Shown piece after piece: positions 27,901 to 40,890 of a stretch of 64,000 nt of DNA; the stretch's first letter is position 1; every line of letters starts with the position of its first letter. Made by a program: the position numbers and the translations under genes. The notes beneath the pieces are model-generated. The model was not told the origin of the DNA, made no database searches, and worked only from the letters and a program-made list of their open reading frames with translations. The DNA lies in assembly GCA_002269645.1 (NCBI GenBank), contig NIVC01003429.1, positions 34,026-98,025 of the forward strand, in the 5' to 3' direction. The stretch is from Macrostomum lignano (lineage: Eukaryota).

Positions 27901-30900
27901 GTTCCTCAGGCTCAAGATTGTGGCGCCAAGGTGGAAGAGTGTAGCGCCAAAGTGGAAGATTGTAGCGCCAAGGTGGAAGAGTTTAGCGCCAAGGTGGAAG
28001 ATTGTAGCGCCAAGGTGGAAGAGTTTAGCGCCAAGGTGGAAGATTGTGGCGCCAAGGTGGAAGATTGTAGCGCCAAGGTGGAAGATTGTAGCGCCAAGGT
28101 GGAAGATTGTAACACCCTTTCTCCTCCATCCGCCCGCAGCCGCCAGCCTGTGGACTCAGCAGCACGAGCTGTACAAGGCGGCAACAGCGGCCCTCGCTAG
28201 CGGCGGCTTCCCGCCTCTCGGAGCCGCGGCGGCAGCAGCAGCTGCGACCTCCTCGCATGCGCCGCCGACTACCGCAGCCGCAGCACCAGCCGCTTCGAAG
28301 AAGCAGCGAAGCCTGCAGAAATACGCAGCACCTGGCGAGCAGCCGCAGGAGCAGCAGCGGAGCGACTCCCCCGACGCTGGCATGAACGGCTCTTCGATGT
28401 CGCAGAACTCCTCCGCGTTCGGCGGCTCCGGCCGGCGGAAGCAGACGAAGCCCAACCGAGTCAGCGGCGGCGAGGACGGCAGCGGAACGGCGGCTGACGG
28501 CGGCTCTGCCGGCCAGCGGTCCGAAGCCGCATCGCCCGACGCCGCCGCAGATGAGCAGTCGGTCCGGTCGCCGCCGACCCCGCTGGCGCTGCCGCCGCCA
28601 CCGCCGCTGCAGCAGTCAACTCCGCAGGCGGTGCCTCTGCTGCCGCTCCCGCCTCCGCTGCCCCTGCCACCTCCGCCGCCGCCACCTCCGCCGCCGCAGC
28701 AGCCGCCGCAGCAGCCGCCGCCGCAGTCGCAGCCTCCGCTGCCGTCGGAGAAGCCGGCAGTCCACAAGAACTCCGGCCTGGACAAGCATCACCAGCCGCT
28801 GCACGGGAAGGTGTCAGTCGAGGGCAAGCCGGACAGCTACTGCGAGTACTGCGAGAAGCTGTTCTGCAACAAGTACTACTTGAAGAAGCACAAGGCCGAC
28901 GTGCACGGCATCGCCGCTGCCGACCAGCAGCAGTCGGGCGGCGCCAGTGGCGGAGCTGGCGGGGGCGGCGGCGGGGGCGGCGGGCACCACCAGCCGCACG
29001 GCCACCAGCACGGCAGGAAGCGCGGGCAGTCAGAGGCGCCGCACCACACGACGGCCGCCGTCTCGGCCGCCGCCGCCATGGCCGCTAACCCGGCCGCTGC
29101 AGCCGCCGCGGCCGCCGCCGCGAACCCCATGGCGAACCCGCTGCTGTCCATGGGGCACTGCCTCAACCCCTTCCAGACTCTGCTGTTCAACCCGTTCGCC
29201 GCTCTGCCCTCCATGTCGCTGATGCCGGGCATCCCCCAGCCGTTCCTCCCCGGCGCCTACCCCATGATGGCCAAGCTGGAGGCTCCGCAGGCGCCGCAGC
29301 AGTCGCCGCAGGCAGCTCAGCCGCAGTCCACATTGGCGACTCCGTCTACCCCGCAGCCGACGCCGCAGCAAGCGCTGGCAGTCACAGCCCAGCAGCTGCC
29401 GCAGCCCCCGCCTCCGCAATCGGCGGCCCCGGCATCTCCGCCCGCCTCAGCGAAGCCGCCCGCCGCCTCCCCGCCCGCCTCAGCGGCCGACGTGAACTCG
29501 GATGCGTACTGCCCGATCTGCCAGAAGAATGTCTGCTCAAAGTACTTCCTCAAGACCCACATGGCCAACCAGCACAACGTGAAGGACTTCAAGCCCGTTG
29601 ACGGCCTCCCGTTGCCGCCCTCGACGCCTCCACAGCAGCAGCAGCAGCCTCCGCAGCAGCAGCCTCCGCAACAGCAGCAGCAGCAGCAGCAGCAGCCGCA
29701 GCCGATGAAGAGCTTGGAGACCGACTCTGAGCAGGTGCTCAACCTGAGCTCCAAGAAGCCGGCGTCTCAGCAGCAGCCGCAGCCGGAGGAGTTCAAGTGC
29801 CAAAGCTGCGCCCTGAGCTTCGGCAGCTCAGTGGAGTTTCGAGTTCACGTGGCCGCGCACCATTCGAACTTTGCGGAGCTTGGCAACCTGATGGGGCTGG
29901 CGATGCCCGCCATGGACCGCGCGCCGCACCACCCGCACCACCTGGCCAGCGCGCACCACCTGGATGCCTTCCAGTCCTCCATGGTGGCAGCCAAGCTGGC
30001 CGACCGCGTCATCTGCGACGTGTGCCACAAGGAGGTGTGCAACAAGTACTTCCTGAAGACGCACAAGGAGAAGGTGCACGGCATCCCCAGGGAGCTGCAG
30101 GCTGGCGGCAGCCGGCCCGGCCAGCAGGATGGCAGCGGTGAGTTGCGCAACTGCCAGTCGGGGTGGCGTCCTCATCGCATCCCCATATTTTGGCTTTTTT
30201 GTTAATAAAACCGGGTTGCGGGCCTGGCATGTATTTATTTTGCTGTTAGAATTTCGTGTCTCCGGGGGCATAAAATATTAATGCCCCATCTCTCCACTGC
30301 CAGCCTCCCTCTGATCCGCCAAGGGAGCCGCCAGCCGGGGTCTGAAAGTTTTCCAGGCCTGCCATTTCAGATTTTACTGCCATTATTTTTGCCATTTGCG
30401 GCTCCCCCTGCCAGCAGGATGAGGTGGCGGGTGGATTCTGGGTATTCCCTCAACCCTGCAGGAATTAATCACCGATCACCCCGGCACCAGTTCTGCTACC
30501 TGCCGGTCTCGGTGGGCTGCTCGGGCTGTGCCCGGACAATGATTGTTATTTTATTCTCGTGAGCGGCAGAGCGGTTGGAAAGCTTAAATTTAAACTCGCG
30601 CGGCCCCTGAATCTGCCTGGCTGTGTGGGCCCGGCGCAGTTAAAGCCGCCTTATCTCCGGCGCCACCAGCTTCTGCCGCTGGTTGGGCTGGAAAAAATCA
30701 GAAATTTTTTTTGATTTTTTTCACAAACCCCAACTACTGAGCCGGTGGGACCGCCGCCACCTGCGAGGCTCCGCTTCGAGAACTGGGGAGGTGGAGCTCG
30801 GGCTTCGGGCTGAGCAGCGGGGCCCCTTCGGAGCGGCCTGAGCAGCCTGCGCTGTCAATGGGGGGGGGTAAGTTTAAGGCCGATTAATAAATTTTAGTTG

Positions 30901-33630
30901 TGTCTCCCTGCTTTGCAAGCGAGCGGACTCAGCAGTCGGAATTCGAGATCGGAGCACGGGGACAATGGCTGAGCACTGCTCAATGCCCGCAGATTAGGGA
31001 CGGAGTCGAATAAGAAATCTAGAAGTGAAAGAAGAAGCTTGAGAAGGGGAAAAGTTGGCCACCCCAACCCCCCGATGAAACTCTATCCCACTGAGCAGCT
31101 CGAGTCCGAATGGGAGGGGGAATTAATACTTTTTTTGCCTTCAATTACGAATCGGGATGAGGATCAGAGGCTGGGGGAACAAAAAGGCGCACCCGGGATC
31201 GCCGAGAGCGAAACAGCGATGCAAACAGAGGGGATGAAAGGCCGATGGGAGGCCGATGGGAACAAAAGGGAGGCTGCGAGGGGAGGCGAAATCCCTCCTT
31301 TCTCAATTTATCAGTGTTGGCAAAGAGGCCCGGGAGCGGTGCTGAAACATTTTAAAAGATGTTGAGTTTTTCCTCTTTCTTCTTACTTTGCCCCGGCTCA
31401 AGGGGGTCTCACGTTTCCCCTCGCATGGGGTGATCAGCCCGCCGGTCAATAAAGTCAATCCCCTTCTACTAATAAAAAGTCTGCCACAGTCCCCCCCCCC
31501 CAAATCTCTTCTTCTGCTTCGCTTTTGTCTTCTTTCGGCTGATTTTTTTGTGCCAAACAACAGCAGCGCAAAATGCGGCTCTGCGGACTCCCCGGAAATC
31601 CGAGATGCCGCCCAGGCTGATCTCCGAGCTCTGCTCATCAGCCTGGGATTATGGGGAGAGGGGAAACGGAGAGAAGTAGATACAGGAGAAGAGAAGAGTA
31701 GAGAGAGCAGACGCGAGGAGTGGAGAGAGGAGACGAGAGGAGTAGAGAGAGAAGACTAGAGGAGTAGAGAGAGGAGACGAGAGGAGTAGAGAGAGGAGAC
31801 GAGAGGAGTAGAGAGAAGAGACGAGAGGAGTAGAGAGAAGAGACGAGAGGAGTAGAGAGAAGAGACGAGAGGAGTAGAGAGAAGAGACGAGAGGAGTAGA
31901 GAGAGGAGACGAGAGGAGTAGAGAGAGGAGACGAGAGGAGTAGAGAGAGGAGACTAGAGGAGTAGAGAGAAGAGACGAAAGGAGTAGAGAGAGGAGATGA
32001 GAGGAGTAGAGAGAGGAGACGAGAGGAGTAGAGAGAGGAGACGAGAGGAGTAGAGAGAGGAGACGAGAGGAGTAGAGAGAGGAGACGAGAGGAGTAGAGA
32101 GAGGAGACGAGAGGAGTAGAGAGAGGAGACGAGAGGAGTAGAGCGAAGAGACGAGAGGAGTAGAGAGAGGAGACGAGAGGAATTGAGAGAGAAGAGAGAA
32201 GTAGAGAGAATAAAAGAAGAGGGGAGAAAAGAGGATGCGAAGAAGCAGGGATCTCAGACTCCCCTCGCCTCATCCTCCGCGCACTCAACCGACAACTGCA
32301 GGCAAGTGGCCGCAGCTGCCAGCGACAACCGCGGTCGCCACAACGACAGCGGCGGCTGCAGCGGCGGCGGCAGCGGCAGCGGCAGCGGCGTCAGCGGCCG
32401 CGTCGGCTGCGGGCTCCGGGCATCCCGGCAAACAGTCAAGCGGGTCGCCAGCCCAGCAGCGCATCCGCTGCGACATCTGCGGCAAGGAGGTGTGCAACAA
32501 GTACTTCCTGCGGGTGCACCGCCTCAACAAGCACGGCATCACCGACAGCTCCGTCAGTTCGCCGGCCAACACTGACACGGACTCGCGCTCCGACCTGGAG
32601 CCCGCTGCCGAGCCGGGCACCTCCGGCCAGCAGCTGCAGCAGATCCAGCAGCTGCACCAGCAGATGCTGCAGCAGTCCTGCCGGTCCACCGACATGTGCC
32701 CCTGCCCGCACTGCGGCCTGCTCTGCCCCAACTCGCTGCAGCTCCAGCGGCACGTGCAGCAGGTGAGTTCTAAAGTCTCCTGAGATCTCACCCTCCGAAG
32801 TCTCCTGAGATCTCACCCTCCGAAGTCTCCTGAGATCTCACCCTGTGAAATCTCATGAGATCTCATCCTCCGAAGTCTCATGAGATCTCACCCTCCGAAG
32901 TCTCCTGAGATCTCACCCTCCGAAGTCTCCTGAGATCTCACCCTCCGAAGTCTCCTGAGATCTCACCCTGTGAAATCTCATGAGATCTCACCCTCTGAAG
33001 TCTCCTGGGATCTCACCCTGTGAAATCTCATGAGATCTCACCCTCCGAGGACTCGTATGATCTCACCCTCCGAAGTCTCATGAGATCTCACCCTCCAAAG
33101 TCTCATGAGATCTCATCTTCCGAAATCTCATAGGATCGCACCCTCTGAAATCTCATAAGATATCACCCGAGTCTCAAGAGGCCTGCCTCCAATCTGCCCC
33201 ACAGTCTCACCCGGCGGAGCTGCAGCAGCAGCTCATGGCCTCCGCGTCCTCTGGCAGCTTCAGCGACTTCGCCGGGTCGCCTCCGGCAACAAAGCGTCGC
33301 CGCTACGCTCGCTCGAATGACGAGAACGGCGAGGCCTCGTCGACTTCACCGACTGATGGTGAGGCGGCGCTGAACCTGACGGCCGCCTCCGAAGACCTGG
33401 ACGACGCCACCCGGCCGACAGACCTCCGAGCTGCTGTCAGAGACGAAGCCGGAGCAGAGGCCGCCGACGACACCTCCGCACAAGACGATGCCGCAGCTAT
33501 GGAGGCTGCGGAGTCCGATGAGATGCCTGGAGGCGCAGCAGATGCCGAATGCGGCGCTCCGGTAGCCGCTGCCACCTCAGCCGAGACTGGCAGCAGCGGC
33601 AGCGCTCGCATCGACTTGCCCGTGTCTTGA
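12908..33630 (+). CDS. Multi-C2H2 zinc-finger transcription factor, 4 coding exons, about 1035 aa
   Basis: Exons 12908-13130, 28140-30137, 32302-32762 and 33205-33630 total 3108 nt. All junctions are GT(GAG)..CAG with matching phases 1, 1, 0. There are six dispersed C2H2 fingers, and the sixth (CPHC-x12-H-VQQ|S-H) is completed only by the exon 3/4 splice. Also polyQ/P/A tracts, a basic NLS-like PPATKRRRY and a CtBP-like PTDLR. The link to exon 1 across the 15-kb intron is inferred from phase only. Confidence 0.85.
15077..16438. repeat. 115-bp inverted repeat pair (15077-15191 and 16324-16438) with a 1132-bp spacer
   Basis: The arms are reverse complements at 112/115 positions by manual alignment. 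The same peptide appears in ORFs 14835..15191(-) and 16276..16632(+). Confidence 0.93.
20632..21045. repeat. Degenerate GGGATCT/GGGACTT-based minisatellite
   Basis: Mixed 7-bp subunits such as GGATCTGGGACTTGGGAGTGT. Confidence 0.92.
22447..22955. repeat. 33-bp minisatellite
   Basis: Unit ACAGCCTTCTGTAAACAGGCAACCGGACAGGGG, giving the 11-aa period in the ORF track. Confidence 0.96.
26405..27003. repeat. 24-bp minisatellite in zinc-finger intron 1
   Basis: Unit GCGCCAAGGTGGGAGCTGATGATG. Confidence 0.97.
27920..28110. repeat. 21-bp minisatellite just upstream of the exon 2 acceptor
   Basis: Unit GCGCCAAGGTGGAAGATTGTA, about 9 copies, ending about 30 nt before the AG at 28138-28139. Confidence 0.96.
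31690..32200. repeat. 22-bp GA-rich minisatellite in intron 2
   Basis: Unit GAGACGAGAGGAGTAGAGAGAG. Confidence 0.95.
32774..33175. repeat. 25-bp minisatellite filling intron 3
   Basis: Unit TCTCCTGAGATCTCACCCTCCGAAG, occupying nearly all of intron 32763-33204. Confidence 0.96.
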
Positions 33631-33681
33631 GAGCTGCGGCCTCAGCTGACACTGGCCTGACCTAATTTCTGATTCGACACC

Positions 33682-33855
33682 AGTTGACCTCGGCTGACCT
33701 CAGTTGACCTCGGCTGACCTCAGTTGACCTCGGCTGACCTCAGTTGACCTCGGCTGACCTCAGTTGACCTCGGCTGACCTCAGTTGACCTCGGCTGACCT
33801 CAGTTGACCTCGACTGACCTCAGTTGACCTCGGCTGACCTCAGTTGACCTCGACT
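33682..33855. repeat. 20-bp (2 x 10-bp) minisatellite 3' of the zinc-finger stop
   Basis: Unit CAGTTGACCTCGGCTGACCT. Confidence 0.96.
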
Positions 33856-34902
33856 GTTTTTTATTTGCTAAAAAGTGATCACAGCTGACAGTCTTGCCGA
33901 CTCGAGCAGGTCAAAGCACTGTACAGACCGACGCACCGAAAGCAATATTAGAGACAGAAACCGCACGGAAGGAAGCCCAGTTAAACCCAGGCAAATTCTG
34001 TCCTCTTTCAAACTGCCTGCATAGCAACTCTCGTAATCTCTCTCTCAGCTTTGTACACTTTGCTTGTCTAGTTTTTATTTAGCCATTGAGTCCGAACTCT
34101 GACTGTTGTGCACCTGATTCGAACTCCAGTCTGTCTCGACTGACTGGCTGTTTTTTTCCTTTGTTATAATCATCGGCTTGTGCAACTGCACGCGACCTCT
34201 CCGCTGACTCCGCCGTCCCCCCGACCTCCGACCGTCGACTAGAGCAACAAATTCTCCCACAGATCCTAGCGGTCCTCTCGCACCCGGCTAAATCTGAGAT
34301 GGAGATCCCGTGAGCTCCAGCCTCCCGGGCTTCATCACCTGGCCCCGCTTTCCCTGTTGTTGCCGCAAGCCAGTTAGACGCAGCACCCTGGTGTCCGAAC
34401 TCCGAATATCATATTCATAAATAGCTCATATTATTATTTATTATTAATCTGCTATATGCATATTACGCACGCAGCTGAAAGCTATTAAGTAAACACAAAC
34501 TGTTGCCGTTTTTTGCTATTCCAACCGCTCCAATTCAAAGGATTTGATTTCAAACCGGCCTCGGATATGTCAGCCAGTTACTCATTTTTATCCCATAACA
34601 GGCTTAGAACTCGCGTCCCCACTTCGGGACCAAAAATTAATTAGCTCATCCCCTCACAGGGGGGATTATAGCAGCCTCAGTGAGGAGCTCAGGACTCCCA
34701 TGCAGTTTGTAGCGAAGCATCGCGACTTTCAGCTTCCCGTCTTTTTAATTTACTTTTTTAAGGATGACGCATGAAACTCAAAAATTCATTGAGAGCCGCT
34801 CGGTGCTTCGCTACAACTGCTGAGACCTCGGCGGCTGCGGCCCCCCGGGCTGAAACTGGAACTGCGGCCTCTCCGCCTCCGCTGCTCCTGCACCTGGCAT
34901 GA

Positions 34903-35476
34903 TCAGGGTGTCAGCCTCATTGTGTCAGCCTCATTGTGTCCGGATGACAGCCTCATTGTGTCTGGGTGTCAGCCTCATTGTGTCAGCCTCATTGTGTCCG
35001 GGTGGCAGCCTCATTGTGTCTGGGTGTCAGCCTCATTGCGTCATCCTCATTGTGTCCGGGTGGCAGCCTCATTGTGTCTGGGTGTCAGCCTCATTGCGTC
35101 ATCCTCATTGTGTCAGCCTCATTGTGTCAGCCTCATTGTGTCAGCCTCATTGTGTCCGGGTGTCAGCCTCATTGTGTCAGCCTCATTGTGTCCGGGTGTC
35201 AGCCTCATTGTGTCAGGGTTTCAGCCTCATTGTGTCCGGGTGTCAGCCTCATTGTGTCAGGGTTTCAGCCTCATTGTGTCCGGGTGTCAGCCTCATTGTG
35301 TCAGGGTTTCAGCCTCATTGTGTCCCGGTGACAGCCTCATTGTGTCCGGGTCTCAGCCTCACTGTGTCAGGGTGTCAGCCTCATTGTGTCAGGGTCTCAG
35401 CCTCACTGTGTCAGGGTGTCAGCCTCACTGTGTCAGGGTGTCAGCCTCATTTTGTCAGGGTCTCAGCCTCATTGTC
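34903..35476. repeat. 15/24-bp minisatellite abutting the RT fragment
   Basis: Core CAGCCTCATTGTGTC with optional CGGGTGT(C) or AGGGTTT extensions. Confidence 0.95.
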
Positions 35477-35477
35477 T

Positions 35478-36985
35478 CAACCTCCGTCGCAGAGCTAAGA
35501 GACTCCACCGCAGAGCAACTAAAACTAAGAGCCCAGCGGACCAAACCGCCTATCATGAAGCAATCCATGAGTTTAAAAGGCAGGTTAGGAATGCAAAGGC
35601 TCAAAAATGGCGACAATACTGTGAGGAGCTAGAGGGCTCACGCCCCACCTCCAGAGTTGTGAAAGCGCTCACGCTGGACAAAATGTCTAAGCTCTCCTCG
35701 GTCAAACGCACCGACGGTACGTCCACGGACAACCCAGGGGAAACGCTTGATGTAATGCTCACTGCGTTTTTCCCCCAACGAGCCAGCTAACCAGACCACT
35801 CCGGATCACTCGGAGGGAGGTCACGCGCTGGCTGCCTCTATCATCACGGAGGACCGCATCGTGAGAGTGGCTAATTCCTTCAAGCCTTTCAAAGCCCCAG
35901 GACCCGACGGCATTGTACCGGCCCTCCTAAGAGAGGCGGTTAAATGCCCAGGCTTCCTGCGTAAACTTTGCAGCCTTCTTCGGGCATGCATCACGCTTGG
36001 TATGTCCCACAGGCATGGACCGAGGCAAAGGTGATTTTTATCCCTAAGCCAGGCCGCCCGGACTACCATTCTATCAAATCCTTCAGACCGATCAGCCTGA
36101 CCTCCTCGCTGGTCAAGCTGATAGAGAGATTGGTGCTTTGGCGCCTTCTCTCTGTTGAGCTGAAGAACAAACCTCTCAGCGAGAACCAGCACGCCTTTCG
36201 GGCGGGTCGCTCCACTGAAAGCGCGCTGCACGTCCTGGTCGATAAACTCGAGAAGGCCGTGCTTGGTAGCGGCTTCGCTCTGGGGATCTTCCTGGGCATC
36301 ATTGGCGCCTTCGATAAAGTCCTCTTTGAGGCGTTCTCAAGAGCTCTTTGTGAGAGGCAAACGCACTCAGATCTCACCAGATGGATCATGTACATGATCA
36401 GCCATCGCTCGGCCACCGCCAGTCTGCTGGGATACCAGAGGACGGTTCCCGTCTGCAAAGGCAGCCCGCAAGGTGGGGTGCTGTCTCCAGTTCTCTGGAA
36501 CATGGTTCATCGATGAGCTCCTCCGGGATGTTCGGCCTGACAATTCTGAAAGTAGGATATGCGGACGCTGTCACCGCGGTGGCATCTGGTCCGTCCCTTG
36601 ATACCCTCAGGGACCTTCTTCAGAACTTTATCTACGCCGCTGAACAATGGGCGGATCGCTGTGGTTTAAAGCTCTCTGAGACTAAGACCGCAGCGATCAT
36701 GTTCACCAGCAGGACCAAGTGGCAGATTCGGCCGCTCACGCTTTACGGAAGGGAAATCCCCTTCTGCAAGCAGACTAAATGTCTGGGTATTACCCTGGAC
36801 CACAGGCTGAACTGGTCACCCCACGTTCAAGAAAAAGCCAAGAAGGCCCTCGCAGTCCTCGCGCAACTGCGCAGGGCTGTCGGCACCACCTGGGGGCTCA
36901 CCCCCAAGCGCCTCTGGTGGATCTACACTGCAATGGTTAGGCCCGCTATCTCGTATGGCGGCCTGATCTGGGCTAGCGCCCTACA
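35478..36985 (+). mobile_element. Degenerate non-LTR retrotransposon fragment (RT domain), LOA/R1-like, truncated at both ends
   Basis: RT motifs are spread over several frames: FKAPGPDGI, AKVIFIPKPG..SFRPISLTS, QHAFRAGRST, GSPQGGVLSPVLWN, YADAVT (YADD position), and thumb-region TWGLTPKRLWWIYTAMVRPAISYG. Frameshifts and stops are present. Clade assignment is from motif recall. Confidence 0.92.
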
Positions 36986-37140
36986 GTTCAGTCACACAGG
37001 TTCAGTCACACAGGTTCAGTCACACAGGTTCAGTCACACAGGTTCAGTCACACAGGTTCAGTCACACAGGCTCAGTCACACAGGTTCAGTCACACAGGTT
37101 CAGTCACACAGGTTCAGTCACACAGGTTCAGTCACACAGC
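36985..37140. repeat. 14-bp minisatellite at the RT fragment's 3' break
   Basis: Unit CAGTCACACAGGTT, about 11 copies. Confidence 0.96.
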
Positions 37141-38917
37141 TTCTACCGGCAGCCGGCAGGCAGGCATCAAATATTTAAAAGTGCTCGCGACGCAGGCCAG
37201 CCGATATTTAAAAAATGGCAACCGCGAAATTTGAAGAAGCTGCATCGGCAGCAAAAAATGATTTCTTCGGCTCCATCGCGCCCTGACAGCCTGCAGGCCG
37301 AGGGCAGCGCGGAGTGATTGGCAGTTTTAATTGCAGCTATTTTAAAAAAATAAGAAAAAGGGGGCAGCCACGGCTGTGTTTGGATCTGCTGGCTGGGATG
37401 GAAAGAAAAATGAAAGAAATAAGGGGATGGGAAGTAGAGGAGAGGGCAGCGGGGAGGCCGCCGACCCTCCCAGCCGCGGCAGAAAGTGGTTTTTAAACAG
37501 CATTTCTCTCGGCTGCCAAGGGGAGATATTGTACGGGCGGGCGGTTGCTATGCGGTTGCTATGCCCAGGAAGTGGGAACAGATTCATCATTTGATTCGGG
37601 AATCGGACAGAAAAATTTCAAACCCGAGGGCACGGGGGTGACGCCACCTCGGTCAGCAGCAGCGCCATCAAGCCACCTTGCCATCCTGGGCCTCCGGTGC
37701 GCAGCTTCTCCGCTTCATCAGTCTCCCAGCCGCACGGGAGTCGGGACTTAAGGAATCCTTTTGCAGCGCATGGAGGTATATAGTTAAACAAAAATTCAGT
37801 CGGCATCTGGGGAGGAGGCCGAATTGATGGCGGGCCTCTCAATCAAGTCCGCGGGTTTCGCTGTTTTTTGAAACCCGGCCGGCCCTGTCCGGATTCGGGG
37901 TTCGGCCGAATCAATCAGGCCTGATGGCTCCGAGCGGCTGGAGGAAAGTTTTCAGTTTTTAAGACGAACTCAAAGCCATCAATTACGAGCCGCCCGCGAT
38001 GTATCCGAGTCCCAAAAACACGGCGGCTCGAACTCAAGGTGCTGTCCCAGATTTCAGATTCCCATCGCCCTGTTTTTCAATTCCCTACATTTCGGCCACA
38101 ATGGGAGTTGAGAAAGGCAGATGGGGATGCGGGAGATCTCGGGGATCTCAGACCTTGGAATTCGCCCGGCGAATCAATAATGCTTCGAGAGCTGTGGGCG
38201 GAGCGGACTCGAAGGTGGAGCGTGTGCTCAGGCTGAGGGGGGGTTTCTACTCGCAGACTCGAGGAGAGTTGAGCTGATTTAAATTTGATTACAACTCAGC
38301 TCTGTTTGCTCATGTCTCTCAATAGCAAGATCGAGTGTTCTCAATTTTTGGCCTTAGTGTTTGCCGTGGGCCTGTCCACACACAGAGTCTGAGGGGGGGG
38401 GGGTTGCGCTCCATCCGCGATCACCGAGAGCGATATCAAAGTTGCCGGAGCTCAAACAGCTTTCTGAGCTCTAATTAACATCTTGGGCAGCGGTGCTGCA
38501 TTAATCCACTTTAACTCATTTGTCAAAACGAGGGGGACAGGCGTACAAACAGGGCCTCATTCATATTGATTGTTATTGCAACAGTCCCAGCCAATATATG
38601 AAATCTGCTTCAACTGTTTGCTCAAGGTGAAAAGTCAACACGGAACGAGGGGGACGAAGTCCGGGTCCCGCTTGACTGACAGGAAATCTCCCGCTATCAA
38701 GCATCGAATTCGACTTGATTTTCTGCTTTAACGGGCCTTAAAGGCTGGGTGCTCGGTCACTAAGCTTAATAAGAGGCTGCTCAGGCCTCGGGCTGGCAGC
38801 GGCTCGACTCTGGATGAGCTCGGGTTATTAATTAACTCAGAATTTATGTCCTGATGCTGAGAACTGATAGAGCGCTTCACGACTCATCTGTCTGTACAGA
38901 AATTTGTGTGGCTGTCT

Positions 38918-39672
38918 ATGGATTGCTAATCTATCCCCCAGTGAATGCAGGAGTGTAATGGATTGCTAATCTATCACTCAGTGAACGCAGGAGTGTAATG
39001 GATTGCTAATCTATCCCTCAGTGAATGCAGGAGTGTAATGGATTGCTAATCTATCCCTCAGTGAATGCAGGAGTGTAATGGATTGCTAATCTATCCCTCA
39101 GTGAATGCAGGAGTGTAATGGATTGCTAGTCTATCACTCAGTGAATGCAGGAGTGCAATGGATTGCTAATCTATCCCTCAGTGAATGCAGGAGTGTAATG
39201 GATTGCTAATCTATCCCTCAGTGAATGCAGGAGTGTAATGGATTGCTAATCTATCCCTCAGGGAATGCAGGAGTGTAATGGATTGCTAATCTATCACTCA
39301 GTGAATGCAGGAGTGTAATGGATTGCTAATCTATCACTCAGGGAATGCAGGAGTGTAATGGATTGCTAATCTATCAATCAGTGAATGCAGGAGTGAAATG
39401 GATTGCTAATCTATCCCCCAGTGAATGCAGGAGTGTAATGGATTGCTAATCTATCACTCAGTGAATGCAGGAGTGTAATGGATTGCTAATCTATCACTCA
39501 GTGAATGCAGGAGTGTAATGGATTGCTAATCTATCCCCCAGTGAATGCAGTAGTGTAATGGATTGCTAATCTATCACCCAGTGAATGCAGGAGTGTAATG
39601 GATTGCTAATCTATCCCCCAGTGAATGCAGGAGTGTAATGGATTGCTAATCTATCCCCCAGTGAATGCAGGA
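38918..39672. repeat. 40-bp minisatellite
   Basis: Unit ATGGATTGCTAATCTATCCCTCAGTGAATGCAGGAGTGTA, about 19 copies. Confidence 0.97.
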
Positions 39673-40345
39673 ACAAAATGGACAGCCCAGCTCCACTGCA
39701 ATTTTTTAACATTTGCTCCGCTAAAACTTTCCTAAAGCACAGACGAAAGACATTTGTAAATCCAGCAATGCAAAAAAGCGCAAGAAACGCCTGCATTCGG
39801 CCCCTAAAATTGAAGAGGAGGCGGCACGGGCAGACGGGGAGCTGCATGGCGCCCGGCTCTGCTTATCCCAATCTGGGGCCGGGGGGACCCATCGCGAAGC
39901 CGAAGTTTTGCAAGCATTGCAAAGCCCGGCCAGGTAAGTTTGGGAGGCCGTTTTCGGGTTTGAAAAACAAATTCAACTGGCAAAGGAGGAGCGATAAGGT
40001 CGCTGAGGGCGGCTCCTGCTGGGGAAGCCGCTTGCGGCTTATCGGGGTGGGGGAACAAGGGGGGGGGGCAGCGGCCCCGCTCAGCCATGGCGCGGAATTG
40101 ATTAAAAACAATAAGCAAACAGGCCTGAGGCCGCGGCCATTAAGAGCTGCGGCGGATTCTGCAGCGGATTTTCTTGGAGGCTGCGGGGGCTGCTGCGGCT
40201 CTGCCTCCACATTTTAAAATGGGAGCATTTTATGCCGGAGGCTGGTGCGGCTGTTTATGAAGGCTGCGGATCTTTTTAAGTTTTTCTCCTGATAGCCGCT
40301 GCAGACCCGCGTCTCGGCCGCTCTGCGGTGCTTCTGGCTGCCGTG

Positions 40346-40890
<545 letters not shown>

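Noticed and set aside
27845-28139. N-terminal part of the 786-aa ORF
   Set aside because: It is a stop-free intronic minisatellite upstream of a good acceptor (CCGCCCGCAG at 28139) that is in phase with exon 1.
13131-28139. Individual enhancers or TF sites in the TAAT/CAATT-rich intron and flanks
   Set aside because: Short motifs are abundant but cannot be delimited or supported without conservation or chromatin data.
38918-39672. 40-bp array (and the 33/34-bp arrays) as a CRISPR array
   Set aside because: The units are head-to-tail with no unique spacers, there are no cas genes, and the context is eukaryotic.
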